A stretch of DNA of 64,000 bases from Mytilus edulis (lineage: Eukaryota): positions 55,118,001-55,182,000 of the forward strand of contig NC_092347.1 of NCBI RefSeq assembly GCF_963676685.1, written 5' to 3'. The notes below the pieces were generated by a model that saw nothing but the letters and a program-made list of their open reading frames with translations, searched no databases and had not been told where the DNA came from. Position 1 is the first letter of the stretch. Each line of letters begins with the position of its first letter. Position numbers and translations under genes: made by a program. Positions 38,553 to 50,213 of this stretch are shown piece after piece.

Positions 38553-38897
38553 GGCCAATTTGGTCAGCTTGGCAGCCCGCTAACCTCGATGATGGAGTAC
38601 TGGTAGATGAATCGTGGACGTAGTTTTAAAGATGACAGGAAGCGTTATCAGGACCAAAGCCGTGAGGCAGTAAAATGAAGGTCGTATCACCCAACAGCCT
38701 AGGATACAGCCCTCGGACGTTAATCGGCATAACACTCCCCATGATACAATGGTTTTGGAGTGCATGTTAACGCGGGTACGCCAACTCCTACGTCTATCTG
38801 TACGGCATGGATTGGTTTCTGTCATCTTAAGAAGTAAGTCGTTGATCATCTAACAATAAACCCTCATCGAAGATAGCGGGTAAAGGAGAGCTGGCCC
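38553..38897 (+). other. unidentified structured element with nested rod-like fold (ncRNA or LTR-like)
   Basis: Six or more nested complementary segments including G-U pairs. Preceded by a TATA-like box and a 59-nt GT-AG intron; internal AATAAA. Confidence 0.5.
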
Positions 38898-39101
38898 AGC
38901 ACGTCCGTTCAGCTGTAATGACTGAGACGTGACTGATTTTGTGTAATCGTAATCTAAAGCGCATTGCATTAAATAGATGAACGTTCAGCTACGTTATGAC
39001 AATAATCTTAAATTATGTCTGAAAATGAAATCTCGGAAATGTCATATTTATTGACCCTTTCCTGTTTTTAATAAAATAGTACAAGCTTCCAGCATCGTTT
39101 C

Positions 39102-39166
39102 CACCATATACCCACAGGTATATCACCATATACCCACAGGTATGTCACCATATACCCACAGGTATA
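39102..39166. repeat. 22-bp tandem repeat x3 (CACCATATACCCACAGGTATAT)
   Basis: Three adjacent near-identical units. Confidence 0.9.
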
Positions 39167-39995
39167 TGGCCTGAAGCTGACATGTTAATTGTCATACAAG
39201 TACCTGTTCAAAACTAACAATCTTTATCGTTTTGTGAAGAATTGAATTTTTATTTAATATTGTTTCGATTCAATGAATTTTAATACAGTTGGAGAGCTTG
39301 GGATAAAATAAAATGACAAGGCAATTCTATAAACAGCAGTTTAATTTCATTTTATACAAGAATACTGTTGTATTTAGACATATCTTAGTTTCGATTATTT
39401 TAGTCATCAACAAGTTTCTTTTTGACGGCGAATGTAAATTTATATCATCATGGTAAAACGTGTCTTGAAAGGTGCTAACTTTCTAATGTATTGTGCGCAC
39501 ACATTATTCATATATTTAGTTTTAAGAAATAGGTTTTGATGAAAAATCTATGATTTTAACTGGCCGTATCAAGTGGAATTTATTGGTGTATTCTATATGC
39601 TGTTTTATGCAATGTTAAAGTGCGACGAAATGGATGTGCTCCTTTATGATTGTGTATTAAAATAGCCTTAAAAAAGGTTATACGAGTTTTGTTACGAAAA
39701 AGAGCCAAAAGAACCAGTTGAAATGCCACTAGTCACTTGGGGAGTTGTCTTATTGACAATCTGCAATCATACAGCTACTGCTGAACTTTTTTTTTATACC
39801 AAATATGAATAGAAACTTTTCAATCCCATTAATTAAAAAAAATGTGATTGTGTATTGATAAAACACTCAGCTGAACGTGCATCTATTTAATACAATGCGC
39901 TTTAGATTACGATTGCATTCTCATACTTATTTAATATCGGTTATAAGCACGTGATAACAGACACAAACAAAAACTTTGAATATAATTAACTTCAA

Positions 39996-40028
39996 CAAGG
40001 ATTTGTATAGTCACTATACAAATCCTTG
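39996..40028. mobile_element. 33-bp collapsed TIR element with 7-bp TSD
   Basis: CAAGGATTTGTATAGT-C-ACTATACAAATCCTTG, flanked by ACTTCAA at 39989-39995 and 40029-40035. Confidence 0.75.
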
Positions 40029-41934
40029 ACTTCAATTATAAAAACGTGAATGTCATATTATTTAGTGTTTTGTAATTCCTTCAGCCCTAAAACAAGTTAA
40101 TACAAAACGTCGTTTACACTATATCACATGAATTATTATGTATCAGCATGACTGTATAAACAAGATTGTGTAAAGGTCTGTTGACTTGCAATACTCATAT
40201 AAGAAGACCCTATATCAGTAGTGAACGTAACTCGAATAATTCAGCGCCCTCTATCCACTACTTTTCTCGAGGTTAATGGAGTGATCGAAGTGATCGTAAT
40301 ATAACTACTGAATTATTCGGGTTATACTGAACGAATAACAATGAGATGAAGAACAACGATCAAGAGTTGTTGACGTATTTTCTAAACTATGTTAAAAATT
40401 AATCTAAAATTGTCTCTAATAGTCTGTTGTTAATTATAATTCACACAAAACCAAAATTAAAACACTACAGACTTTCTGTATATTATTATATACTCGTTTG
40501 TGTAGAGGTTCCATCCTCTGTATTTCATTTACAACTTATACAAAAACAATCCTTTGAATTAAACATACATTTTATTACACCAACTTGTATTTACTTTTTC
40601 ATTACTAGAATATACATTTTTACTTTGTGGCATTACTTTGGCTACAGAGCATTCTATAATATTTTGTTGAGGTCAAAGGGTGACTACCGATTGGACTACT
40701 TGTTTGGCATCTTTTCTTTTTCTTTTAAAAAAAATAACTAATTTGTGTAACACCTGCTTTCTAGTCAACAGAAAATTAACAAGTGCCCAATACAGGAATT
40801 CCAAAATTCTAATTCAAGCTGATACAGGAATTCCAAAATTCTGATTCAAGCTGCGAGCGACCTCTATGGCCATGCTGAATATGGCAATGAGCTACAGGCT
40901 GCAACACCCACGCACCCACACAAATATTTGATTGAATTAAACCAGTTTGTAGTTTTTTGCTATTGCGCAATTGAAAATATTTGCTATCTAAAAATAAACT
41001 ACACCACATTAAACTATAACTTTTCATCTTTCTTTTGGTCACAACAGCTAAGGAATGTCATCAGTAAAAGTATTTTATTTGTTTTTTTCAAAGCTGAACA
41101 TTTTTCCTAAAAATTACATTTTCTGTAAGAATAACGGCAAATGTACGCCATTTGACATCACTGTATAAAAAATAAAAATTTGTTGCATGAAATTTAAACA
41201 TAATTTTAAAATAATTTATATCATTAAAAAGAAGACACATTAAGGATTATGGTGATCAGAACAGCTAAGAAAAGAACTGAGAAGAAAATCGAATATCGTC
41301 TGTTAAAAATTATTTTTCATATAACTTCTATATAACGATTGTATCCATGTAGGGTTCTGAATTCAGGCATGCGCAATGTTGACCGGACTGATTCTTGACA
41401 ATGCTCACATTACACTTGGACATTGTTGAGCTCCTAGCAAAATAAGAAGTAATTCTGTTTTAGTAGTATTGAAGTAATGTGTGACAATTTTTATTTATTC
41501 ATTCAACATACTGAAAAATTTAAAGTATGGGCAAAGAAGTACATTTGTAGTTATTTGCCAGATAAGGTAAAGAATTTAGACTGCATTGCACGTTTTCTAT
41601 CTCTTATAATTATTCGCCATTTCTATTGATATGACATTGACAGTGCTTTTATAACTTATGTATTATAAAAATGTCGTAGATATTGTAGCAGATAATTATA
41701 TCTCTAAATGCCGTGATAGAAATCAACAAAAATTAATTACACACTATTACTAACACTGATGAACTGAATGAGCAATTCTTGATCACTCTAGAGTACAGTT
41801 CCTGAGAAATCTACCATGGCAGATGGAGAAACAGAGATCAGTTAACATATAACATCACTGCAACTACTGAGGGCACACATGAGGTTTGTAGTATTGTTGA
41901 CCATTCATAAACAAAGTCTATTACATTTTACAAT

Positions 41935-41940
41935 TTTATT
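41935..41940 (-). terminator. candidate polyadenylation signal of AP5B1
   Basis: AATAAA on the - strand, about 96 nt after the stop codon. Confidence 0.5.
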
Positions 41941-42035
41941 TATTTTTATCACAGTCAGTTGTTTGTAAACAATAGTAATAAAGCACCAATTATATAAAAA
42001 TTGCACATATATTTCTGACAATGTAAGTCAGTTTT

Positions 42036-42187
42036 TTAAAGTTCAGTTAGGAATGTATCAACAAATGGTAACATGTGATAAGAGTCTGTTGCTATGGAAA
42101 CATTGGTCTGCTCTTCTTTCCCTTGGCATAACAACAATAAATGATGACCTGATGCCAATAACATTCCATAGCAGGATTGGTTGTTTT
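42036..42187 (-). CDS. AP5B1: AP-5 complex subunit beta-1, terminal coding exon
   Basis: ENNQSCYGMLLASGHHLLLLCQGKEEQTNVSIATDSYHMLPFVDTFLTEL* resembles the AP5B1 C-terminus (..VALRTDDWAVLPLAGDYL). AG acceptor, phase 1, TAA stop. Confidence 0.85.
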
Positions 42188-43096
42188 CTATAATATATAA
42201 AAACAAAATGATAAAAAATTACCATTCATTTCATAAAGTCAGGTAAAACAATAACATATTTTTTTCTTTCACCCACCATGCTCAAATGCAAACCAGCCTT
42301 GGGTGTTGTTTATATAAACTTAAAACTAATTTTAAAAGTTGCCACTAAGATCAGATATGGTGAACGATAGCAGAAATTTGTTTCTGTTATAAAAATCTAG
42401 GATTTTAAAAATAGGAGTCAAGACGACTATGAAATAACCTAATTACACAAATTTCAAGGGTGGACAATTTAATATTAAATTTTCACTGCAGTTTTTATCA
42501 AAAAAGCTAACAGTATAAGATATAGTATGAACATATGATATGAACAGAGTCAGTGAATTGACAGTCTGTGCTAACTAGTTTTTAAATGATTCATTGATCA
42601 ATTGATTGTTGTTTGCTTAGTGTATAGTAAATGTTATATGCATTTTCAGACTGGGTGCTAATCAACAATACATTCTATCTGTAGTTTCTGCCAATTGGGT
42701 TCATTGAGATGAAGCCTTTATCACACATCTTTGGAAAAAACAGAGTCTTTTTAAATGATCATTTAATACATCAAACCTAGTAGACACACAGAGAGTGGTT
42801 CAAACTTATCACCTTATTTAAGACTGGAATAAAGAGAACATTTTCAAATTAATGGCATATGTTGTTACACTTTATAAGTTCAAGGTTTGCTGTATTGGCT
42901 ACGGGTCTCACGGCCAATACAGCTGACCGAGAATCTATACCAGTGCCAATACAGAAACAGCCAGTTTAAAACACTTTTATTAAAAAATACAACTTTTTCG
43001 ATACAGAATTGTTCTCTGAATGCTGTATTACATACATCAAATGTGAATAATGGGCCAATATTTCCAATATGCAATGGCAATGATGTGAATATAGGG

Positions 43097-43199
43097 CCAA
43101 TATTTCCAATATGGACTGGCAATGAATCCTGAATTACATGCACAATATATGTTTACATGTAATTCAGGGTTCATTGCCAGTCCATAATGGAAATATTGG
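43097..43199. repeat. long hairpin (about 44-nt arms, 15-nt loop)
   Basis: CCAATATTTCCAATATGGACTGGCAATGAATCCTGAATTACATG pairs with CATGTAATTCAGGGTTCATTGCCAGTCCATAATGGAAATATTGG. Confidence 0.85.
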
Positions 43200-43754
43200 A
43201 CCAGGGCCGAAAAGCAATATAGATCATGTGATTTATATAACTAGGACGACGTCACCATTAGACACATGCTGTTTTTGGTAGTATTAGGGCTGTTTTAATC
43301 ATATTATTTAATTATATATTATATAAAAGGTTTTGAGAAGTTTAAATAAATTTACATAATTTTGTGACCAGTCGGTATTCCATTTATTTATCATTACGTA
43401 TTACCAATGTTATTTCAACTGATCGGGCGGAGCTTATGTTTTCATTTGTATAAGTACAGCCTATTTGAAGATGTGTGTGATAAGACTGATTGCCGTTATA
43501 ATTATTACTGATTTCTAATCATCCATCAGTGTCATCAAGGGAATTTACAAAACAATGACTGGACACTTCATTGATGAGTTTATCCTAAAACACCTATCTA
43601 TAGATGGACTGGGTTATTGTGAGCGAATCGTTAAACTCCGCCCAGTCAAGTGAAATAAATCGAGTAATAGAATCAACATAAGTTTACAATAATTAAACAA
43701 TTGATGTTTTTTTTAAATTCTGAAGTCACATTAGCTTCTTTTCCAATGACTTAC

Positions 43755-43855
43755 CTTTACCCTTCAATTTGTATGATGAACAAAACTGGTTCATTCTTTC
43801 TGAAAATTGCTCCAATGTTTTATGAACTATTTTGATAGACTGAACACATTGTCTA
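43755..43855 (-). CDS. AP5B1: AP5B1 coding exon
   Basis: RQCVQSIKIVHKTLEQFSERMNQFCSSYKLKGK; phase 2-1; G|GTAAGT donor. Confidence 0.8.
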
Positions 43856-43966
43856 CTGCAAATACAAATTATTCAATAATTAAGCATTTTTATATAAAAG
43901 ATTCAGTCATATGTGAAAAAAATATGTCTTTATGGAATCTCAATTTTATTAATGTTAATTAATATA

Positions 43967-44173
43967 CTGCTAATTTAGAAGTTATTGTGTGCATTTATTA
44001 TTGCGATGATGTCATTTTAGCCTAAAATGTGATTTGAATTTTTTCCGATATAGAGAAAAATCCTGTTGAATTCATTCAAAAAATTTCAAAATGCAAGTTT
44101 AAATTATTGCGATTATAACCCTGTAGCATTTTTCGCAAAAACAAGAACATCGCAATAATTTCTGAATTTACAG
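43967..44173. mobile_element. short TIR MITE with TA flanks
   Basis: Left end CTGCTAATTTAGAAGTTATTG versus reverse complement of the right end CTGTAAATTCAGAAATTATTG; TA on both sides. Confidence 0.6.
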
Positions 44174-44601
44174 TATACTATATTAATGATAAGTTTTAAT
44201 CAATATTCATGTTAAATACACCTTTTGAATTATGTCTTCTTGAATAAAGTAACCAAAAGGTAATTCTTGTTTTGTTAGACAGTAATTTGTGTTCTCCACA
44301 TGCATGTTCAAAAACCAACATTTCAAAGAATAACCATCAAATCTGCATTTCACTTTTTATTCATTTTCTACATATAAGTAAATTGGAAAGACCTTCAGCA
44401 TGTTACTTATTGAACCAGTTCAAGTGAATTAGTTTACCATAGTACTTTGTGATAAGTTTGTATGTTCTTTTCACAAAGTGAGATGTTTCATTTGAGGTAT
44501 TGAGTTGAAATATCACTTTAAATGCAAATGGATAGTCATGTCAAAAGCTGATGCAACATTTACTGATTTGCCTGTAAAAAATCATGTATGATATACTCTA
44601 C

Positions 44602-44757
44602 CTTGTATTAGACTCTGGATTAGTAAAATATGTCCATAGTTTATTGAATAGAGACAACTGATTGCCCTCAGGCAGAGGTAGCATCATATCTAGTAATGAT
44701 ATATTTATTTCCTCTAGGTCATTTCTATATGTTAACATATTATCTGTAAATTCTACC
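44602..44757 (-). CDS. AP5B1: AP5B1 coding exon
   Basis: VEFTDNMLTYRNDLEEINISLLDMMLPLPEGNQLSLFNKLWTYFTNPESNT (cf. VNFADLFLPFP...FFEELWD); phase 2-2. Confidence 0.85.
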
Positions 44758-44790
44758 CTGAAATACACAAAAGAAACTAATAACTTTTAA

Positions 44791-45385
44791 GGGCATACGA
44801 TACAGTTACAGGGAAGGTAATGACGTTGCTAACGTAAATTGTTATTTTCGCCACGTCAAACTATGATTTATCTGGAAAAGATGCAGTTTTGACTGATTTT
44901 TATCATTCAAACTTATTTAATTTGAAAACGAGTTCATGGACCCCCCTTTGCCATCTGGTTTCATTACGCAAGAAAATTAAGTGTGCCAATTTTAATGAAA
45001 ACGTAAATAGTGCATTTTTTTTAAATTTGATAAATATACAGCAAAAAATAATGTTTTTTTCTACATTCATGAACATTTGATAAATATGAGTTATTTCTCA
45101 ATACAAAAATGTATAAATTTTTAGAATACTTATAAAATACAGAAATTACAAATTATTTAACAAAAAACATTTTGTGTTTATCTTTTAAAACAAAAAAGTT
45201 ATGTCTTTCTTTCGAAAGGGAAAATATGGCCACAAATCTGAATTTTGAGCAAATATACAAAATTTCAACCTCATTTTACTCAAAACAGGTATATTTTTCA
45301 TTACATATTTGATTTAATCAGGTAAAATAGTCTATATGGAAATTTTTATCAAAATGTAAATACCCGATCAAAACGGTATCGAATG
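44791..45385. mobile_element. TIR MITE after TTAA (Kolobok-like ends)
   Basis: TTAA-GGGCATACGATACAGTT left end; degenerate right TIR AAACGGTATCGAATG. Confidence 0.5.
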
Positions 45386-45667
45386 GATGTGTTAGTTCAA
45401 GGGGAGGTTATTCTAACTGTGCAGTGATTATTTTCTTGCATTTCTTAGTACTACAGATGAAGATTGCATGGTTATATTCATATTGTATAAAAATGAGTAG
45501 AAATTGCCATTGCTTCTATATTTAAAACAGCTAGTACGGTGTGATACGAAAAATATCTATTCACGTGGGAGTTAGATAACAGCCCCAACCATAAGAGAAT
45601 GTTGTATATTTCTAAGAGATCTGATTTAAGCTTTAATTTTGTATAAACTACTGAATGATATATTTAC

Positions 45668-45731
45668 CATGCTCTGAATACTGTTGGTATAGGGAACTTT
45701 GGTTTCATATGTACTGTCACATCTAAGCTAT
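45668..45731 (-). CDS. AP5B1: AP5B1 coding exon
   Basis: DSLDVTVHMKPKFPIPTVFRAW (cf. LQPRCPAPARLDV); phase 1-2. Confidence 0.8.
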
Positions 45732-46188
45732 CTGAAATGTTAGTGACATTTTATTATTCCACAGCTCCATGGTTCAATGAGAGTATTACTTTTCACTGTG
45801 TACATTTTGATTTATTAACTATTTTAGAAGTACTTTTAATAGCTGGAAAAAATGCCATCTTGAAATTATGTCATTAAATAACAGAAAACATATGATGACT
45901 TTAAGGTATATAGAATATTAACTTTTTTAGAAATACTTTCAAAAGCTGGAAAAAATGCCTTCTTGAAATTGTGTCATTAAATAACAAAAAACATATAATG
46001 ACTATGTGTATATAGAATATCAATATCTCACAACAGTCTTTAGCATTAATTGACAAACAAAAATAAAACAATACTGTGAAAGTCTGTATGCCATTGAAAT
46101 TAGTGTGATTTCAAGGTAGTATTTTTAATAGTACATGTATCAAAGAAATAAAAGTAAAAATGTAAAAGATAAATCAACATAGAAAAGA

Positions 46189-47296
46189 AACAAGAGTGCA
46201 CACGCTGAAATGTCTCGCCTTCTATACTAATCATTGATATTATGTTGATAGTCCTATGTAAAAAGCTTAGCTTTATAACAACTGTACCATAAACTTAACA
46301 TTAACCAAGATAACTAAACAAAGACCAATGAACCTTGAAAATGAGGTCAAGGTCAGATGAACCATGCCAGGCAGACATGTACAGCTAACAATGCTTCTAT
46401 ACAACATATATAGTTGACCTATTACTTATAGTTTAAGAAAAATAGACCAAAACACAAAAACTTAACACTGTGCAATGAACCGTGAAAATGAGGTCACGGT
46501 CAAATAAAACCTGCGCGACTGACATAAAGATTATTAAATATTTCCATACACCAAATATAGTTGACCTATGGCATATACATTTTTAGTATTAGATAAAAAG
46601 ACCAAAACTCAAAAACTTAACTTTGACCACTGAACCATGAAAATGAGGTCAAGGTCACATGACATCTGCCCGCTAGACATGTACACCTTACAATCATTCC
46701 ATACAACAAATATAGTAGACCTATTGCATATAGTATGAGAACAACAGACCAAAACACAAAAATTCAACTATAACCACTGAACCATGAAAATGAGGTCAAG
46801 GTCAGATGACACCTGCCAGTTGGACATGTACACCTTACAGTCCTTCCATACACCGAATATACTAGCCCTATTGCTTATAGTATCTGAGATATGGACTTGA
46901 CCACCAAAACTTAACCTTGTTCACTGATCCATGAAATGAGGTCGAGGTCAAGTGAAGACTGTCTGACAGACATGAGGACCTTGCAAGGTACGCACATATC
47001 AAATATAGTTATCCTATTACTTATAATAAGAGAGAATTCAACATTACAAAAAATTTGAACTTTTTTTTCAAGTGGTCACTGAACCATGAAAATGAGGTCA
47101 AGGACATTGGACATGTGACTGACGGAAACTTCGTAACATGAGGCATCTATATACAAAGTATGAAGCATCCAGGTCTTCCACCTTCTAAAATATAAAGCTT
47201 TTAAGAAGTTAGCTAACGCCGCCGCCGTAGCCGCCGCCGCCGGATCACTATCCCTATGTCGAGCTTTCTGCAACAAAAGTTGCAGGCTCGACAAAA
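46189..47296 (-). mobile_element. HINE-like element with six internal ~147-156-bp tandem units
   Basis: ATGAGGTC recurs at 46341, 46488, 46643, 46790, 46936 and 47092. A GCC microsatellite and the TCGAGC..CTGCAAC/GTTGCAG..GCTCGA terminal inverted structure precede an A-run. Confidence 0.75.
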
Positions 47297-47513
47297 ACTA
47301 AAATCTCATAAACAGTTTAGTCTTTGAAATGATGACATTTGATCTCCTAAAAAATGAACCATCATACATTAAGAAAAAAAAAATGCAAATAATAGCTTAA
47401 TGATAATTTGTGCATTATTTGCAGTCCATTTCCAGCATAATAATTTTATAACAAATAAATGGTAGATAATTTTAAGAGATTTGACAAAAAAGATATCGAA
47501 GACAAACACTTAC

Positions 47514-47619
47514 CTTTTGACTTAATTTCAGCTAACTGTATACCTTTCACTGCTTCAAAGTTATTATCACTCTCAACATTTACAGAGATTGCTTGTACTT
47601 TCTCCTTTTCATATTTAGA
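47514..47619 (-). CDS. AP5B1: AP5B1 coding exon
   Basis: SKYEKEKVQAISVNVESDNNFEAVKGIQLAEIKSK; phase 0-1; G|GTAAGT donor. Confidence 0.8.
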
Positions 47620-47907
47620 CTGAAACAAATAACAAATAAAATCTAAAATCAAATAAACAAATTATTTTAAAGCATTTACATTGGTAAATTAAGAAATGAT
47701 TCATGGCAGCCATAGATTTGTTTTTATTCAACCATGGCTTGGGCATTTATATTGGATTATTTACCCTGGGCGTTAGTGATGGTAAATTACAGATATAAAT
47801 GACCAACCCAAAAAAGTACTTTAAATACACAAAAACGGCTGTTCCGCATTACAACCAACTATAAATATTATACTGCCAGATAAAAATTCTGTGAAACGAT
47901 GTTATTA

Positions 47908-48100
47908 ATTTGACATTAAAATTAGAAAGATCATATCATAGGGAACAAGTGTACTAAGTTTCAAGTTGATTGGACTTCAACTTCATCAAAAACTACCTTG
48001 ACCAAAAACTTTAACCTGAAGCAGGACAAACGGACAAACGAACGGAAGCACAGACCAGATAACATAATGCCCCTCTACTATTGTAGGTGGGGCATAAAAA
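47908..48100 (-). mobile_element. partial HINE-like element (same family as 57213-57534)
   Basis: Near-identical to 57300-57534 with a shorter GGAC microsatellite. Confidence 0.7.
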
Positions 48101-48884
48101 AAGAAGATGTGGTATGATTGCCAATGAGACAACTATCAACAAGAGACAATAATGACACAGAAATAATAGAAGCATTCTTGCATAAATCTTTTGAATTTGT
48201 TTTTTTCCTATAAAGTATTAATCGTAACCACTTGTAGAAGTGTTAATAAGAGATCTTAATTACACACAGGACCCAAAATGTCACTTTCATTTTGTTCCAA
48301 GCTTTTTATTTCTAATGATTCATCTCATTAGTGGATGTGCTACCCCATTTTTTAAGTTCTATAATTTCAACTTATTCCAAAAGGGCATAATTGACAGTAA
48401 TGGTAAGAAAAAACTTTAAGTAACTAAGGCATATCTGAGCATACAGTGCCAAATACTATATATAATTGAAGTAGACAGCTAATAATTCAATTTATTCCAA
48501 AAAAAAAAAATCATTTATGCAAAGCCTCAAATTACACTTGTCGACTGCCACCACATAGTCTAGTGATTAACGCTTCATTGCAAGGCTCCCCACCTACAAT
48601 CCATTTATTGGTAAAGTTCCATCTATAAATTGAACAGTTAATAAGTACAGAAGAACTTAAATTTCATAACTACTTTACAAAAAAGATACTCTATGGAATA
48701 GTTCTGCATATCAATTATCAGTAATAATAATTTTAAGTGATTACAAATGAATTTTCTTGATAATTAGCAAAAACAGAGCCTGTTAAGTATTTTTAAATAT
48801 GATACATTCAATTTGGAAGGAGACAGCCATGAAATTATAACAAATTGAAAATTGGAAAAACTGAAATCCATTACACAGACTTAC

Positions 48885-48955
48885 CATTTGTATTTTATAT
48901 GATGCTTTAATGGAAATATCTGCTGATGATAACCAATCATAGTAGGATTCTATAT
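48885..48955 (-). CDS. AP5B1: AP5B1 coding exon
   Basis: DIESYYDWLSSADISIKASYKIQM; phase 1-0; |GTAAGT donor. Confidence 0.75.
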
Positions 48956-49677
48956 CTGAATTTATACATGATATAAATATCAAATTTGCAGTTATTTTTG
49001 TAATGATTAGGCATTTTTTTCATACATCAACAGCAAAAAAATTTGTTTTTCCAAAACAAGTGGAATATGAAACCACTGTCTGCAATGACATATCATAGTT
49101 TTTTGGTCACTTCAAATGCAAATGGATTCATAATCTTAACTAAAGAATTGAAATTCCATATAAAATATCATCACATATGCAAAGCATGTCTCCTAAAATA
49201 TGGTTTTAATATCATAAACAAGGTATTGTCAACGATTTTAAATGATCTTTTTATTACGTTTGCACAAAATATGCAGAGGCGGATCCAGAATTTTTCATAA
49301 GTGGGGGTCCACTGACTGCCTAAGAGAGGGGCCATGTCAAGCTTCAGTGATTCCCTATATAACCCCCTGGGCCACCCCTAAATCCGCCTCTGGTATGTAA
49401 ACTATGCAATCAAGTTATTGATGCAGTATGTTCATATATAGTACAACATTTCCTAGTCATACAATTATGCTATTTTACTTTCTTTGTGTCGCATTCGAGT
49501 GAAATTAAAATTTAATGGGAAAATGAGTCTCAAAGTTGAGAAGGGAATTATCTCTCAAAGTCCAACTAAAATAATGGCTTCAGTTTTATGATGTTGTCGA
49601 AAGATATCAAAGCAAAAAATTAAAAACTTCCTTTTGAGATGTCATCATTATTTGGAGTAAACATTTCCATGCCATAC

Positions 49678-49724
49678 CTTCAAACTCTTTTTGTTCTTTT
49701 TCAAAGTTAGTAGTCACAGTATTC
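49678..49724 (-). CDS. AP5B1: AP5B1 coding exon (47 nt)
   Basis: NTVTTNFEKEQKEFE; phase 2-1 bridges the neighbouring exons exactly. Confidence 0.7.
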
Positions 49725-50140
49725 CTATTAAAAACAATGATTACCGGCATAAATTATAGTTACATTTAATCCTTCATATGTTTCTAATTGTTAAATACTT
49801 CTGTACTAACCACTCACAATTGTTAAATATTCAAAGGAATCACCTTTACATTTGTATACACCTTTTTAAACAACAAAATCAAACTCACTTTTCATTAATG
49901 TTATACCTATACTATTGTAATTTTTTAGTGACAAGAGAAAATAACTCTATTCTTGAAACATTTGTGTGCAAAATTATTTTAGAAAAGGAACAATTTTTTT
50001 TTAAATATGCGCAAATTACTGTTTGTATTTTTAGATCCTTATCTAGCGCTCATAATGATTAAGAAAAGACATTCTTGCTTGAATAACTATTTGTTTGAAG
50101 CAAATCCTGTGTAAGTTTAATACTTTCAACAGCATACAGT

Positions 50141-50213
50141 ATGTTATGGCAAACTTAAAGCAACATTTGAAAGTATGATACTTTCAAATGTTGCTTTAAG
50201 TTTGCCATAACAT
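50141..50213. repeat. perfect 73-nt palindrome (36-bp arms, 1-nt spacer)
   Basis: ATGTTATGGCAAACTTAAAGCAACATTTGAAAGTAT-G-ATACTTTCAAATGTTGCTTTAAGTTTGCCATAACAT. Confidence 0.95.

Noticed and set aside
38726-38765. UAACACU motif suggestive of a twister ribozyme
   Set aside because: Lacks the conserved P4 hairpin and pseudoknot partners; it is better explained as the terminal hairpin of the rod fold.
38238-38849. Minus-strand ORFs of 106 and 89 aa in the GC-richer island
   Set aside because: Non-ATG starts and no recognisable domain. The first spans a junction between unrelated repeats.
42880-43143. Overlapping ORFs on both strands with repeated IGPIF peptides
   Set aside because: A by-product of the tandem/inverted repeat in the intron.
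43558-43660. Repeat (also at about 13697-13803) with TTGATGA...GACTGGG/CCCAGTC resembling a hammerhead
   Set aside because: No CUGANGA or GAAA core in either copy; treated as an ordinary dispersed repeat.
44500-44573. Possible extra AP5B1 exon after the acceptor-like TTTTTACAG
   Set aside because: Only about 30 nt from the upstream donor, with stops in all frames. The flanking exons already join in phase.
48546-48590. tRNA-like 5' sequence (GCCACCACATAGTCTAGTGATTAA)
   Set aside because: No B box/T arm or acceptor stem; at most a SINE head remnant.
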